Below, one piece after another: positions 49,382 to 60,218 of a DNA stretch of 64,000 bases. Position 1 is the first letter of the stretch. The number at the start of each line of letters is the position of its first letter. The notes beneath the pieces were generated by a model, which searched no databases, was not told where the DNA came from, and saw only the letters and a list, made by a program, of their open reading frames with translations. Source of the stretch: Nitrospirota bacterium (lineage in GTDB: Bacteria > Nitrospirota > UBA9217); contig CAVWHO010000016.1 of assembly GCA_963754875.1 (NCBI GenBank), positions 32,001 to 96,000 of the forward strand. The letters run 5' to 3'. Made by a program: the position numbers and the translations under genes.

Positions 49382-50662
49382 TTAAAACAATCTCACTTCC
49401 ACTTCTTCACCTGCTTCGATCCCGATTTTTTTTATTGGCACAACTACCGTGCCCACCGCCTTGACCAGCGTGCTGATAAGCCCTGAAGCGCCGAAGATGG
49501 GCCGGGCCCAGAGCCCGTCGTCCCGTTTTTCGAGCGCTACGCGAACATGGTCCTCGCGGCCGGGGCTGGAGGCGATACTTCGCGCGAGACGCGCCCTGAC
49601 CGTGCGATAGGGCGTTACATTTTCGAGTGCAGGATCAAGGATCTCGCCGGCCAGACGGGTGAGTACCGGCTTAACAAAAAGCTCGAAGCAGATGCTGACT
49701 GCTGCCGGGTGGCCGGGCAATCCGAAGATCGGGACAAGGCCGTGGGACGACCCGACGAGGCCGACGACAAGGGGCTTGCCCGGTTTGATCGAAACACCGT
49801 GCACAAGTACGCCGGGCTGACCTGCACCGTTGATCACTTTTGCAGTGAGATCAGCCGTGCCGACCGAACTTCCGCCGGTCATCAGGACAAGAGCGCTGTC
49901 CTTGACCGCTCCATCGAGCGTTTGCCGCAGGCTTTCGTACTCGTCACGGATGATGCCCTTCTTCACCGGTTCGCCGTAACATTGCCTTATCAGACCTTCT
50001 AAATTATAAGAATTGCTGTCTCGTATCTGGCCCGGTCCTAGGGCCGCGTCTGCAGGTACGATCTCATTCCCCGTCGAGATAATGGCCACTTTCGGTTTTT
50101 TGAAAACACTGATGCTCATGATGCCCACGCTTGCGAGCGCCGACATGTCCTGAGGGCGCATGCGGTGGCCGCGGCCGAGGATGGTCTCGTCTTGTTTGAT
50201 GTCGTCTCCGGCCTGGACGATATTTTCCAGCGGTGCAACGGACTTCACGACTTCGATATTACCGGCATCGACGGACTGGGTCTGCTCGAACATGACGACT
50301 GCATCGCCGCCCTTCGGCAGTGCGCCGCCGGTGGCGATCTTCATGGCTTCGCCTTTGGCAAGGGTACGATCCGGCATAGTCCCCATAAGGATATCGCCCA
50401 CGACATGAAGAAAAGCCGGCCGCGATTCTGCGGCTCCGAACGTGTCTGCGCTGCTAACCGCATATCCGTCCATGGTAGACCGGTCAAACTCGGGAAGGTT
50501 CGAAGGGGAGATAATGTCATTCGCGAGGACACGTCCCAAAGCGGAGCTGATCGAAATCTCTTCCGTGGAAAGGCCAGGGAGGACAAAGTGCTCGTTCAGG
50601 ATCTTGAGTGCATCCTCACGGGTAATAACACCGCTCCTGCCAAGCATGTCTTTAACGGTCAT
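49382..50662 (-). CDS. moeA: Molybdopterin molybdenumtransferase MoeA
   Basis: LPEFDRSTMDGYAV, IATGG.LP.G.DAVVM.E, GQIRDSN, GGSSVG, KPGKP. Confidence 0.93.
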   Translation of the reverse strand: MTVKDMLGRSGVITREDALKILNEHFVLPGLSTEEISISSALGRVLANDIISPSNLPEFDRSTMDGYAVSSADTFGAAESRPAFLHVVGDILMGTMPDRTLAKGEAMKIATGGALPKGGDAVVMFEQTQSVDAGNIEVVKSVAPLENIVQAGDDIKQDETILGRGHRMRPQDMSALASVGIMSISVFKKPKVAIISTGNEIVPADAALGPGQIRDSNSYNLEGLIRQCYGEPVKKGIIRDEYESLRQTLDGAVKDSALVLMTGGSSVGTADLTAKVINGAGQPGVLVHGVSIKPGKPLVVGLVGSSHGLVPIFGLPGHPAAVSICFELFVKPVLTRLAGEILDPALENVTPYRTVRARLARSIASSPGREDHVRVALEKRDDGLWARPIFGASGLISTLVKAVGTVVVPIKKIGIEAGEEVEVRLF

Positions 50663-50766
50663 GAATTACCCCAAGATGAAACAAATGAACCGTGAAGGTG
50701 TACGGTACCTGATGTTTTTTTATGATCGGAGCGTCCTTGCGGTTCGGTATTTATTTTATTGAGGAC

Positions 50767-51699
50767 TTACTTTCCTGCCGCCTTCGTCTTCAACTTGCGT
50801 ACATAGGATGCAGCGCGCATGCCGGCAACGGACCCTTCACCGGCCGCTGCCACGATCTGCATGCCGCCGCAGGTGCAGTCCCCCGCCGCAAACACGCCGT
50901 CGAGGTTCATCCGCTGGTGTTTATCGACAATCAGGCAGCCGCGGTCATCGGTCAGACCTCCTGCCTTCAGGATAAGCTGCGAAATGGGTGTGGAGCCCAT
51001 GGCGATGAACACGCCTTCGAGGTCCAACACGGTCTCCGCGCTGTCGCGGCTGATCCGAAGTCCGGTGACCAGTTCATCGCCGACGACCGCGTGGATCTTT
51101 GAGACCGGCAGAATTTCGACGTTCGATTTGGACTTGAGCCTGTTCATGACCGCAGTCACAACATTGAGTTCCCTGTGCGGGACCATGATCACTTTCTCCG
51201 CGAGGTCGGCCAGGTGAAGCGCTTCTTCTGCCGCTTCATCATCGGCGCCAACGACCGCCACGGTTCGTCCTTTAAAGAAGTTGCCGTCGCAGGTTGCACA
51301 ATAGGACACACCCTTGCCGAGGAACTCCTTGGCGCCGGGCACTTCAAGCTTCTTCCTGGCCACGCCGATTGCGATGATCACAACGTGGGCTTCGTACACC
51401 TCATCACGCGTGCGTACCCGCTTTACCTCGGACTGCAGTTCCATGTCCACGACTTCCACGGGAAAGGTTATCGTCGCGCCGAATTTTTCAGCTTGTTTTG
51501 CCATGATCTGGGTCAAATCCATGCCGTTGATGGTTTCATACCCTGGATAATTTTCGATGTGCGCGATCTTGGCCGTATAACCACCGACGAAATCTTTTTC
51601 CAGCACGATACATTTCTGGCCTGCTCTGCCGAGATAGAGTGCCGCAGTCAGCCCTGCCGGGCCGGAACCGATGATGATTACGTCATAAAACTGTGCCAT
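50767..51699 (-). CDS. trxB: Thioredoxin reductase
   Basis: IIGSGPAGLTAA, IENYPG, GKGVSYCATCDG, GVFAAGD. Confidence 0.9.
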   Translation of the reverse strand: MAQFYDVIIIGSGPAGLTAALYLGRAGQKCIVLEKDFVGGYTAKIAHIENYPGYETINGMDLTQIMAKQAEKFGATITFPVEVVDMELQSEVKRVRTRDEVYEAHVVIIAIGVARKKLEVPGAKEFLGKGVSYCATCDGNFFKGRTVAVVGADDEAAEEALHLADLAEKVIMVPHRELNVVTAVMNRLKSKSNVEILPVSKIHAVVGDELVTGLRISRDSAETVLDLEGVFIAMGSTPISQLILKAGGLTDDRGCLIVDKHQRMNLDGVFAAGDCTCGGMQIVAAAGEGSVAGMRAASYVRKLKTKAAGK

Positions 51700-51895
51700 G
51701 CAAATCCCTCCTTGATGCCGATGAATACTCCATTTTATCCGAGAGCTGGGGACAAGTCAACTGCGTAAACGTTTTTGAAGTTTGAGAGAGCGGGTCCTGT
51801 CCCGGGAGTAACCAGAAAAGTGATGCTTGTTCTCTTCTTGTCTTGCGGAGAACGTCGCGATTCGGGTACTATGGTGCGATGCCAGAGGAGGGTTC

Positions 51896-52069
51896 ATGAC
51901 AAAGGAAAAATTAATTGACGCGATTCGGTCCGGAACGGTTGACAACCGGCTCAGCTGCGAAAAGGCGCATGAGCTGTCTGCTGCGCTGCGCATCCCGTTA
52001 CGGGAGATCGGCGTGCTTTGCAACGAATTGAAAATAAAAATATCCACCTGCCAGCTCGGCTGTTTTTAA
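51896..52069 (+). CDS. Small Cys-containing hypothetical protein ending CQLGCF
   Basis: MTKEKLIDAI...LSCEKAH...GVLCNELKIKISTCQLGCF; GGAGG RBS. Confidence 0.75.
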   Translation: MTKEKLIDAIRSGTVDNRLSCEKAHELSAALRIPLREIGVLCNELKIKISTCQLGCF

Positions 52070-52189
52070 CTTTGGCCACGAACGCGTTCGCTGGTGCACG
52101 GACACGGGCATCTGTCTTAGCCCGTAATGATAAGCGGTGAATGCTCTCGCTGGTTCAAGGTTCACGGGGAAATAGGCCAGGTTGGGGAA

Positions 52190-53348
52190 TCAGGAGATAG
52201 AGGTAGGGCCTGGGGAACTCTGGTCGCCCCTTATGCCGGGCATGGTCAACTTGTCGCAGTAACAGGTGACTCTGTTCTTGCCCAATGATTTCGACCGGTA
52301 GAGAGCTATATCGGCTTCGTGGATCAGCTCGGAGACCGGCTTCATCGAGTCCACTTCCATGGTAGCGACGCCGAGACTGACGGTCACTCTTTCATTCGGG
52401 TGGGCGACTTTTACGGTAAAGGGATACTCATCAACGGATTTTCGTACGCGTTCGGCAACTGCCATGGCTTCTTCGATGTCGGTCTCCGTGAGCAGGACGG
52501 AAAATTCCTCGCCGCCGTACCGGAAGCAGGTGTCAGTGCTGCCGGTCCGGCATGCCGCTTTCAGCAACGGGCCCATCTGCGCGATCAGCCTGCTTCCTTC
52601 GAGGTGCCCGTAGCGGTCATTGATCCGTTTGAAATCGTCAATATCGATCATGATGAACGAAAACTCGCGGCCGGTTCGAAGCTTCCTGCGCACCTCGTCG
52701 TCAAGTTTTTCGAGCAGCACACGGTAGTTTAACATCCCCGTCAATTCATCTACCCGCGAAAGTTCAAGAGTCTTTCGAAAGAGTTCCGCCTTCTCCAACC
52801 CGGCCGAGATGAGGTGGGACAGGGTCCGGAGAAGGTCGAAATCCTCGACCCGAAATGCCGACGTTTTACTATGGCTGAATCCCATGACGCCGACAATGCG
52901 GTTTTCATTCTTGAGCGGAATGCCGATATAACTGCCGTAGTCTTTCTGCTCATCGGGGTGGTGCAGAAAACTATCGAATAGGGCGGTGTCATCCAGAAAG
53001 AGCGGCTCGCCGCTGGCGGCAATAGTGCCCGGCGCCCCGTTATCGAAGTAGATGACGTCCTTCATTTTTGACTGCGAGGAGGGGATTATACAGGAGGATC
53101 GGTTCCAGTCCCGTCAGGTCTTTTTTTACGATGTACACGGAAGCATCTTCAAAAATGATGGTCTTGCCTATGATGGCGACTATTTTTTGGATCAGTTCGG
53201 TCGGTTCGAGTTCCGACGCGATGATTTTCCCGACCTCATAAAAAAGATGAGTCTCCGTCAGTTTTCGGTAGAAGAGGGTCTTGAAATCCCGTTCTCCGGC
53301 AGACGGCGTACCGAGTTTTTCCGCGGTTTTTTTCACTTTTGGCATCAC
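52190..53348 (-). CDS. GAF-GGDEF diguanylate cyclase, split by one +1 frameshift (about 53065-53085)
   Basis: GAF (SYIGIPL...IVGV); DELTGMLN; DIDDFKRIND.YGH; FRYGGEEF. N-terminal part is ORF 53040-53348. Confidence 0.85.
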
Positions 53349-53639
53349 CCACCTGCTCGATCCATAAAATGGGTACTTCTACAAAAGGAGTATACCACAT
53401 TTTTATTTTTTAAACCACAATTAATTTTCATTTTTTCTGCTTAAAACTTTTTGTTCATTAAAATGCTACTTTCTGTCTGTTCCAGCGGGCAATAGCCGTA
53501 GTTATGGCGGTACTTGACAAGTTTCGCGGGCGCTCGACGGAATCATGGACAGGCCGCATCAGACAGGCCGAATGCCGCTTGGGAAATATGCTCTCTCTAA
53601 AGGACGAGGTCGGCAGTTCCCGTTTCGGCTACTCAAACA

Positions 53640-56240
53640 TCATAACGCTCCAACCGTCTGAACGCCCGTTCTGAAAACGAGATGTCTGTTCTCGCGGTCG
53701 ATAACCACCCGCGTTCCTTCCTTCACTTCCCCGGAAAGGATCTTCGAGGCAAGCGTATTCAAAATTTCCCGCTGGATCACCCGCTTGAGCGGCCGTGCGC
53801 CGTACATGAGGTCGAAGCCATCTTCGGCCATCAGCTCTTTCGCACCGTCGGTAAGTTCGATCTCTATTTTCTTGTCCGCCAGCCGCTTCTGGACCTGACC
53901 GACCTGGATCGCAACGATCTTTTTCAACACCTCCGCATCGAGTGGATGGAAGATGATCGTGTCATCGACGCGGTTCAGGAATTCAGGCCGGAAGTGCTGT
54001 CGCATCGCCTCCGTCACGCGTCTCCGCATCTCGTCCTCGTCGTTCTGGAGGTCCTGAATATATTGACTCCCGATGTTCGACGTCATGATGACCACCGTGT
54101 TCTTAAAATCCACTGTCCGTCCCTGGCCGTCGGTAAGCCTGCCGTCGTCAAGGAGCTGGAGCAAAACGTTAAACACTTCGGGATGCGCTTTCTCGATCTC
54201 GTCGAAGAGAATCACGGCATAGGGCCTGCGACGGACCGCTTCGGTAAGCTGTCCCCCTTCTTCATACCCGACGTATCCGGGAGGAGCTCCGATCAGGCGG
54301 GAAACCGTATGTCGCTCCTGGTATTCGGACATGTCGATGCGTATCATGGCCTGCTCGTCGTCGAAAAGAAACTCGGCAAGCGCACGCGCGAGTTCGGTTT
54401 TGCCCACACCCGTGGGCCCCATGAAGATGAAGCTCCCGATCGGCCGGTTCGGGTCCTGGATCCCTGCGCGGGCACGGCGCACTGCATCGGACACGGCAAT
54501 GATCGCGTCGTCCTGGCCGATGACACGCATGCGCAGGCGGTCCTCCATATGAAGGAGCTTCTGCATCTCGCCCTCGAGCATCTTGCTCACCGGAATACCG
54601 GTCCACTTGGACACGATCTCCGCCACGTCCTCCTCGTCAACTTCCTCTTTCAGGATCTTTGTCTCGGCCTGCACGGCACTCAGTTTGACCGATTCCGCGT
54701 CGAGCTGCTTCTGCAAATCGAGCAGCTTGCCGTAGCGCAGTTCCGCCGCACGGCCGAGATTGCCTTCCCGTTCGGCCTTCTCAGCTTCGATCTTGGCCTT
54801 TTCGATCTGTTCCTTGGTGCCCCGTATTTTCTGGATGCCCTCTTTTTCCGATTGCCACTGCGCCCTGAGGCCGCTTTTCTTTTCACCGAGCTCGGCGATT
54901 TCCTTCTCTATCTTCGCGAGCCGCTCGCGCGAGGCCGGATCATGCTCTTTTTTTACGGCTTCGCGTTCGATCTCGAGCTGCCGCGTCCTGCGTTCGACCT
55001 CATCAAGTTCGGTCGGCATGCTGTCGATCTCCATACGGAGGCGCGAGGCTGCTTCATCTATCAGATCAATGGCCTTGTCGGGAAGGAACCGGTCGGCAAT
55101 ATAGCGGTGCGAAAGGATCGCCGCGCTCACCAGCGCCGCATCCTTGATCTTGACGCCATGGTGGATCTCATAGCGCTCCTTGAGACCGCGCAGAATGGAT
55201 ATTGAGTCCTCGACTGATGGTTCGCGCACAAGTACCGGCTGGAACCGCCGTGCGAGCGCCGGATCTTTCTCAATGTGCTTGCGGTATTCGTTCAAGGTCG
55301 TTGCGCCCACGCACCGGAGTTCGCCGCGGGCAAGGGCCGGTTTCAGCATGTTCGATGCGTCCATGGCGCCTTCGGCTGCCCCTGCTCCCACGACGGTATG
55401 GAGCTCGTCAATGAATAAAATCACCTCGCCGCTCGCTTCGGTCACTTCCTTGAGAACCGCCTTGAGCCGGTCCTCAAATTCGCCGCGGTATTTTGCGCCG
55501 GCAATGAGGGCACCCATGTCGAGCGCAATGACGCGTTTGTCCTTGAGCCCCTCAGGCACGTCACCGGAGACGATACGCTGCGCGAGCCCCTCGGCGATCG
55601 CGGTCTTGCCCACGCCCGGCTCGCCGATAAGCACCGGGTTGTTCTTGGTCCTGCGGGAAAGCACCTGGACCACGCGCCGGATCTCTTCATCCCTGCCGAT
55701 CACGGGATCGAGCTTGCCACGCCTGGCCAGATCGGTCAGATCCCGCCCATAACGGGCCAGGGCCTGGTACTTGTCTTCGGGATTCTGGTCCGTAACACGC
55801 TGGCTGCCGCGGATATCGACGAGGACCGTAAAGATCGCGTCTTTGGTAACCCCGTGCCTCGCAAGAATGTCCCGGGCCGCGCCGTCGCCGTCTGCAGCCG
55901 CGATCAGGAGATGTTCGGTGCTCACATATTCGTCCTTCAGCCGCTCAGCTTCCTGTTCGGCACGCTCGAACAACTTGCCGAGACGCGGAGAGAGATAGGT
56001 CTGCACCAGCCCTTCGACTTTCGGAAGTCTGTTTAAAACATCCTCAATATCCCCCTTGATCCTCCCCGGGTCTGCACCCAGTTTTTTGAGCAGGGGAGGA
56101 ACAACCCCATCCGTCTGCTCAAGCAGCGCGAGCAGGAGATGTTCCGTTTCAATGTGCTGATGATGCCGCTTCGCCGCGCCGTCTTGCGCTGTTTGCAGTG
56201 CCTCTGACGCTTTCAACGTTAATTTATCGAACCGTGCCAT
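53640..56240 (-). CDS. clpB: ATP-dependent chaperone ClpB
   Basis: Two AAA+ modules ([16 protein letters not shown]), long middle coiled coil, GYVG loop. GGAGG RBS before MARF. Confidence 0.97.
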   Translation of the reverse strand: MARFDKLTLKASEALQTAQDGAAKRHHQHIETEHLLLALLEQTDGVVPPLLKKLGADPGRIKGDIEDVLNRLPKVEGLVQTYLSPRLGKLFERAEQEAERLKDEYVSTEHLLIAAADGDGAARDILARHGVTKDAIFTVLVDIRGSQRVTDQNPEDKYQALARYGRDLTDLARRGKLDPVIGRDEEIRRVVQVLSRRTKNNPVLIGEPGVGKTAIAEGLAQRIVSGDVPEGLKDKRVIALDMGALIAGAKYRGEFEDRLKAVLKEVTEASGEVILFIDELHTVVGAGAAEGAMDASNMLKPALARGELRCVGATTLNEYRKHIEKDPALARRFQPVLVREPSVEDSISILRGLKERYEIHHGVKIKDAALVSAAILSHRYIADRFLPDKAIDLIDEAASRLRMEIDSMPTELDEVERRTRQLEIEREAVKKEHDPASRERLAKIEKEIAELGEKKSGLRAQWQSEKEGIQKIRGTKEQIEKAKIEAEKAEREGNLGRAAELRYGKLLDLQKQLDAESVKLSAVQAETKILKEEVDEEDVAEIVSKWTGIPVSKMLEGEMQKLLHMEDRLRMRVIGQDDAIIAVSDAVRRARAGIQDPNRPIGSFIFMGPTGVGKTELARALAEFLFDDEQAMIRIDMSEYQERHTVSRLIGAPPGYVGYEEGGQLTEAVRRRPYAVILFDEIEKAHPEVFNVLLQLLDDGRLTDGQGRTVDFKNTVVIMTSNIGSQYIQDLQNDEDEMRRRVTEAMRQHFRPEFLNRVDDTIIFHPLDAEVLKKIVAIQVGQVQKRLADKKIEIELTDGAKELMAEDGFDLMYGARPLKRVIQREILNTLASKILSGEVKEGTRVVIDRENRHLVFRTGVQTVGAL

Positions 56241-56260
56241 GCTAACCTCCGTATGAATCA

Positions 56261-56360
56261 ACGAGAGACGACAAATCCTGATGGATATCGTTCGCTGCGC
56301 TCACTCGGATGATGGACGAAAACCTTTGCGCCCTTCATCCTTCGTCCCTCATCCCTCGTT
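56261..56360. repeat. Heptamer inverted repeat of the same family as 31061-31154
   Basis: Shares the cgctcactc/gttcgct core and gatggacgaaaa; right arm ccttcatccttcgtccctcatccctcgt. Confidence 0.65.
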
Positions 56361-56729
56361 TCTAATAATCCGGATCCTTCTCACCGGCACGAGGGCGTTC
56401 CGCAGCTCTTCCCTGCGCCTCATCTCGCGGGCAAGTTCCTCGCGGAGCTGCAGAATAGTATCCTCCATTTCCTTCTGCATCTGCTCCATTTTCTCGCGCA
56501 TCGAGAGAATAACTTCCACACCGGCGAGGTTCACGCCGAGTTCCCTCGTGAGCCGCAGGATCATCTCGAGCTTTTCTACGTCTTCCTCGGAATAAAGCCG
56601 CGTGTTCCCATCGCTCCGCTTGGGCTTGATGAATCCCTCACGCTCGTAAAGCCTGAGTGTCTGGGGATGGATCCCCAGCATCTCCGACACGACGCTGATC
56701 ATGAATAGCCGGTGCTCACGCGATGCCAT
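56349..56729 (-). CDS. hspR: Heat-shock repressor HspR (MerR family)
   Basis: ISVVSEMLGIHPQTLRLYEREG..P.RS.GNTRLYS..D...LTRELGVNLAGV; lies between dnaJ and clpB. Confidence 0.92.
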   Translation of the reverse strand: MASREHRLFMISVVSEMLGIHPQTLRLYEREGFIKPKRSDGNTRLYSEEDVEKLEMILRLTRELGVNLAGVEVILSMREKMEQMQKEMEDTILQLREELAREMRRREELRNALVPVRRIRIIRNEG

Positions 56730-56804
56730 AATTTGTTCCTTTTGTACCAAGACAACCATGTTGCCGTTTTTTTATTTACGCCGACGCGGTCGGCTCGCTC
56801 CACA

Positions 56805-57935
56805 TTACCTTTTCCTGAACCCCCTGAAGGTAATAGCGCTCCTCGGGTTGGAAGGGTGTAATCGGTCAAGCTCCCGAAGGAGTTCCTTGCCTCGATCAGA
56901 AAGTCCTATCGGCGTAACGACTTTAATCGTCACGTAGTGGTCACCTACGCCTACGCCGCCGAAATGGGGCACGCCTTTGCCTTTCAGTTTCATCTGTTGG
57001 CCCGTCTGCACCCCCTCCGGAAGGGTCAGAGATACGATTCCGTCAACCGTCGGGATCTCGATTTTCTCTCCCAGCGCAGCTTCCTTGACGGTAACGCTTG
57101 ATTCCGAATACAGATTATCGCCTTTCCGTTCGAAATAGGGGTGCGACCTCACCTTGGTTACAATATATACATCACCCGGAGGTCCGCCTTTTTCGCCGGG
57201 ACCGCCTAAGCCTGCCATACGTACTTTGGAACCGTTGTCAACACCCGGAGGGATCTTCACACTGATCCGGTCCGCCTTGGACGTAACTCCCCGGCCCGCG
57301 CAGTTCTTGCAAGGATTCTGATTGATTGTTCCTTCGCCGCGGCAGGTGGGACAGGGCTGCGCGATTTGCATGAATCCTCTGCCCTGCGAGATGCTCCCTG
57401 TGCCCATACACGTCGGGCAGGTACGGGGCGTGGTCCCCGGCTGCGCACCTGAGCCGTTGCAGACCGTACACGTTACTTCACGCTGAAGGTCAACCTGCAT
57501 GGTTTTACCGAGGATTGCATCCTCCAGGTCGACCTCGACGGCATAGGTAATGTCCTCACCTTTTACCGGTCCCCGCTGTCTTGCGCGCTCACTGAATATA
57601 TTGCCGAATATGTCCTCAAAGCCGCGAACGCCGGAAAAACCAGCGTTGCGCCCAAACCCTTCAAACCCCTGCCCAGGACCGGCACCTTGTCCAAAACTCT
57701 GATCAAATGCAGCATGGCCGAACTGATCGTACTGCTTTTTCTTTTTTGCGTCCGAGAGTACCTCATAAGCTTCATTGATTTCCTTAAACTTCCCCTCGGA
57801 AACTTTATCTCCAGGGTTGACATCTGGATGGTATTTTCTCGCGAGTTTTCTGAATGCCTTCTTTATTTCAGATTCAGTAGCGCCTTTTTTTATGCCGAGG
57901 AGCTCGTAATAATCTTTTTTTGTCGTTGGTCCCAT
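56805..57935 (-). CDS. dnaJ: Chaperone DnaJ
   Basis: J-domain with HPD, G/F-rich region, four CxxCxGxG repeats. Confidence 0.96.
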   Translation of the reverse strand: MGPTTKKDYYELLGIKKGATESEIKKAFRKLARKYHPDVNPGDKVSEGKFKEINEAYEVLSDAKKKKQYDQFGHAAFDQSFGQGAGPGQGFEGFGRNAGFSGVRGFEDIFGNIFSERARQRGPVKGEDITYAVEVDLEDAILGKTMQVDLQREVTCTVCNGSGAQPGTTPRTCPTCMGTGSISQGRGFMQIAQPCPTCRGEGTINQNPCKNCAGRGVTSKADRISVKIPPGVDNGSKVRMAGLGGPGEKGGPPGDVYIVTKVRSHPYFERKGDNLYSESSVTVKEAALGEKIEIPTVDGIVSLTLPEGVQTGQQMKLKGKGVPHFGGVGVGDHYVTIKVVTPIGLSDRGKELLRELDRLHPSNPRSAITFRGFRKR

Positions 57936-57972
57936 AATGTATGCATACCTCTAATAATGTTATTATGTTAGT

Positions 57973-58002
57973 ATTATAAAATATGAGTGCATCATTGTCA
58001 AG
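57973..58002 (-). promoter_or_regulatory. Consensus sigma70 promoter of dnaJ-hspR-clpB overlapped by a HAIR-like operator
   Basis: TTGACA(57996-58001)-17-TATAAT(57973-57978). tATGAGT-N7-tgTCAAG (57982-58002) resembles HAIR CTTGAGT-N7-ACTCAAG. Confidence 0.75.
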
Positions 58003-58129
58003 TATAGCAAAAAAAATTATGGTAGCGTATAACCACCATAAAGCAATACTTTCAAAAAAATGAGTACTATTACCCACTTTTATATACTTTTTAGCATTTT
58101 TTACATCAAACTAACTATTTCTTGACTGT

Positions 58130-58816
58130 TTATAGGTTATTTTTCAAATTGTCATAAGCTTTTTTTGCAACTTCCCTTACTTCCAAATCCTCAAATCCAT
58201 CATTTCTATATACCCAAACCACGGCTCCATCCTGCTTCAGATTCTCAACCTGGCAGATTATTTTTTTAAAATCCTGAGGGCTAAACCGTTCTTTTAACAG
58301 AGGTACAATTTCAAGAGCATAAATTCTGGCAAGCGGATCTTCCTCAGCAAGTCCGCGCAAAACCACGCTCTTGAACGGCACGATCGACTCGGGACGGGCC
58401 TCGGAGATCTTTTTCAGTGCATAGAGAACTCCGGGTCTGAAGACGCGTTCGTCAATTGCGAATATTTCGGCAATTAAGGGGATAACATCCGACATTTTTA
58501 CCGGATCAGCGCTGACAATTTCTCCCAGAATCTCAGGAGCTGACCATCCAATACCGCCGGATTCATCTGACAGGGACCATAACAGCTTCCGGATGGCATC
58601 TCGGAGGAAATCATAGTTGTTCTTTACGAACAGCGACGAAACGTGACCGATTGCCTTGATTGCCCGCCAGCCGACGAGCGTGGTCTTGTCATAGGAAAGC
58701 CGGACCAGAACGCTAAACACCTTCCTGCTCTGCAAGGCCAACGTTGTGACGGTTTCGTAATCATTTGCTTCCAGAGCATGCACAAGCGTCTGCTTCATTT
58801 CCAGCTGGGTTAACAT
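58130..58816 (-). CDS. DVU0298-like HEAT-repeat protein
   Basis: WRAIKAIG and RKLLWSLSDESGGIGWSAPE.LGEI motifs. Confidence 0.75.
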   Translation of the reverse strand: MLTQLEMKQTLVHALEANDYETVTTLALQSRKVFSVLVRLSYDKTTLVGWRAIKAIGHVSSLFVKNNYDFLRDAIRKLLWSLSDESGGIGWSAPEILGEIVSADPVKMSDVIPLIAEIFAIDERVFRPGVLYALKKISEARPESIVPFKSVVLRGLAEEDPLARIYALEIVPLLKERFSPQDFKKIICQVENLKQDGAVVWVYRNDGFEDLEVREVAKKAYDNLKNNL

Positions 58817-58830
58817 CGTTCACCTGCAAT

Positions 58831-59337
58831 CTACACACGGACCTCTTTGAAGGTAATCAACTCCGACAGTGTCATGGCCAGCCATGCCATGACCTGGACC
58901 GCGATGGGCAGGACCAGGCTGGAGAAAACTGCCATGGCGGCCCGGTTCTTCGAGGTCTTCTGTTCCTGCAGAACAGGCCCCTTGGCCGTTGTCAAGGCAT
59001 AATTCAGCAGGATGGCGAGGGGCAGATAGGCAAGGACCCGAAAATAGAATTTCGTCTGGAGAATGACTAAAATCGCAACGAGGAGGACCACCTCAATGAA
59101 GGTGATAAGAGCTGTTCTTTTCATTGAAAGCTGCCATATTTTTTTAGAAAGGAAATATTTAACAACCAGCGTCAGGCCTACGCCGATCACAAACATTGTC
59201 GAGACGAATACGAATGTGCAGAAACATCCCACTTCCACGGCGCTTGCGGACGACGGATATGCCAAGAGTCCCGCAATAAGGACTGCAGTGCAAAAAAAGG
59301 AATTTAACCCCGCCTTGAGCCTCCCCTGAACATCCAT
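58831..59337 (-). CDS. Hypothetical membrane protein
   Basis: About five hydrophobic segments; GGAGG RBS. Confidence 0.65.
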   Translation of the reverse strand: MDVQGRLKAGLNSFFCTAVLIAGLLAYPSSASAVEVGCFCTFVFVSTMFVIGVGLTLVVKYFLSKKIWQLSMKRTALITFIEVVLLVAILVILQTKFYFRVLAYLPLAILLNYALTTAKGPVLQEQKTSKNRAAMAVFSSLVLPIAVQVMAWLAMTLSELITFKEVRV

Positions 59338-59708
59338 ACGGACCTCCCTTGAAAAAAGGCCGCTCCTCCCCTTTTGATGAGCGTACCCGCGGAACTAGGC
59401 TTGCCCTTTCCGGCAACAGACACCTTGCCCAGAATATTAATGAATGCGGTTCTTCTTGTCAAAGGAATTCGCAATAAAATGCAGCAGGACATGCCGATCA
59501 CGTGAATTTTTGTTACAACTTTATGAGCTGCCCTCAAGAGGAAGGCGTGAAATACTCTATGACCAGTGCTTTTGCTTTAAGCGAATAAATATAATCGAGG
59601 GGAAAATCAGGCTCCCTCAACTTTTTCATTTTTCGACTTGCGTCGCGACGGCTACGAACCGCCCCAACTTCGGCCCATTATTATCTTCATGCCGCACGCC
59701 CTTTCCTA

Positions 59709-59936
59709 TCACGGCCCTTTTTTATGACAGATGAGGCATTGCTCTTTGGGCGGATGAGTCGCCTTGAGCGGGGCCAGTTTGCCCGGAGCATGGCAATCTA
59801 TGCAGGAAGCGTCGGTGGCCGCGTTTTTATGGCGTTCGTCCTGCGGAACAGGAGGAACTTTATGGTTCGAAGACAGGTAAAAGAGAAAGATCAGAATAAA
59901 AGCAGCTACGACAATAAGTATGCGGCTACTTTTCAC
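59709..59936 (-). CDS. Small membrane-anchored di-haem cytochrome c
   Basis: GTG start with GGAGG RBS; N-terminal TM; CIDCH and CLICH motifs; extra His residues (ERH, THPP). Confidence 0.8.
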   Translation of the reverse strand: MKSSRILIVVAAFILIFLFYLSSNHKVPPVPQDERHKNAATDASCIDCHAPGKLAPLKATHPPKEQCLICHKKGP

Positions 59937-60218
59937 GGAGACCTCCTGTTTGCAGTAACGGGAAACGACGCCTGCCCGCACGAAATCACGATCCTCGGGC
60001 GATTTTCTGCTCCCCTGATTTTCAGGGTACCGGCATTACGAGTATGCCGGTAACGAGAGCTTCTGTCAAGTCTTCATGAAGCTCACTTCGCCAATTGCAC
60101 GATCTAAACATGGTCAGAGGAGAAGGTTTCTGGTATACTTTTTCTTAGTAACTCTTTTCCTCCACAAACTTCAGACTTCACGCCTCTTCACATCGATTTT
60201 CTTGTATAAGGAGCGTCC

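Noticed and set aside
57940..58330. Horizontally acquired low-GC island
   Set aside because: Short AT-rich stretch explained largely by the dnaJ promoter region; no mobility genes or att sites seen.
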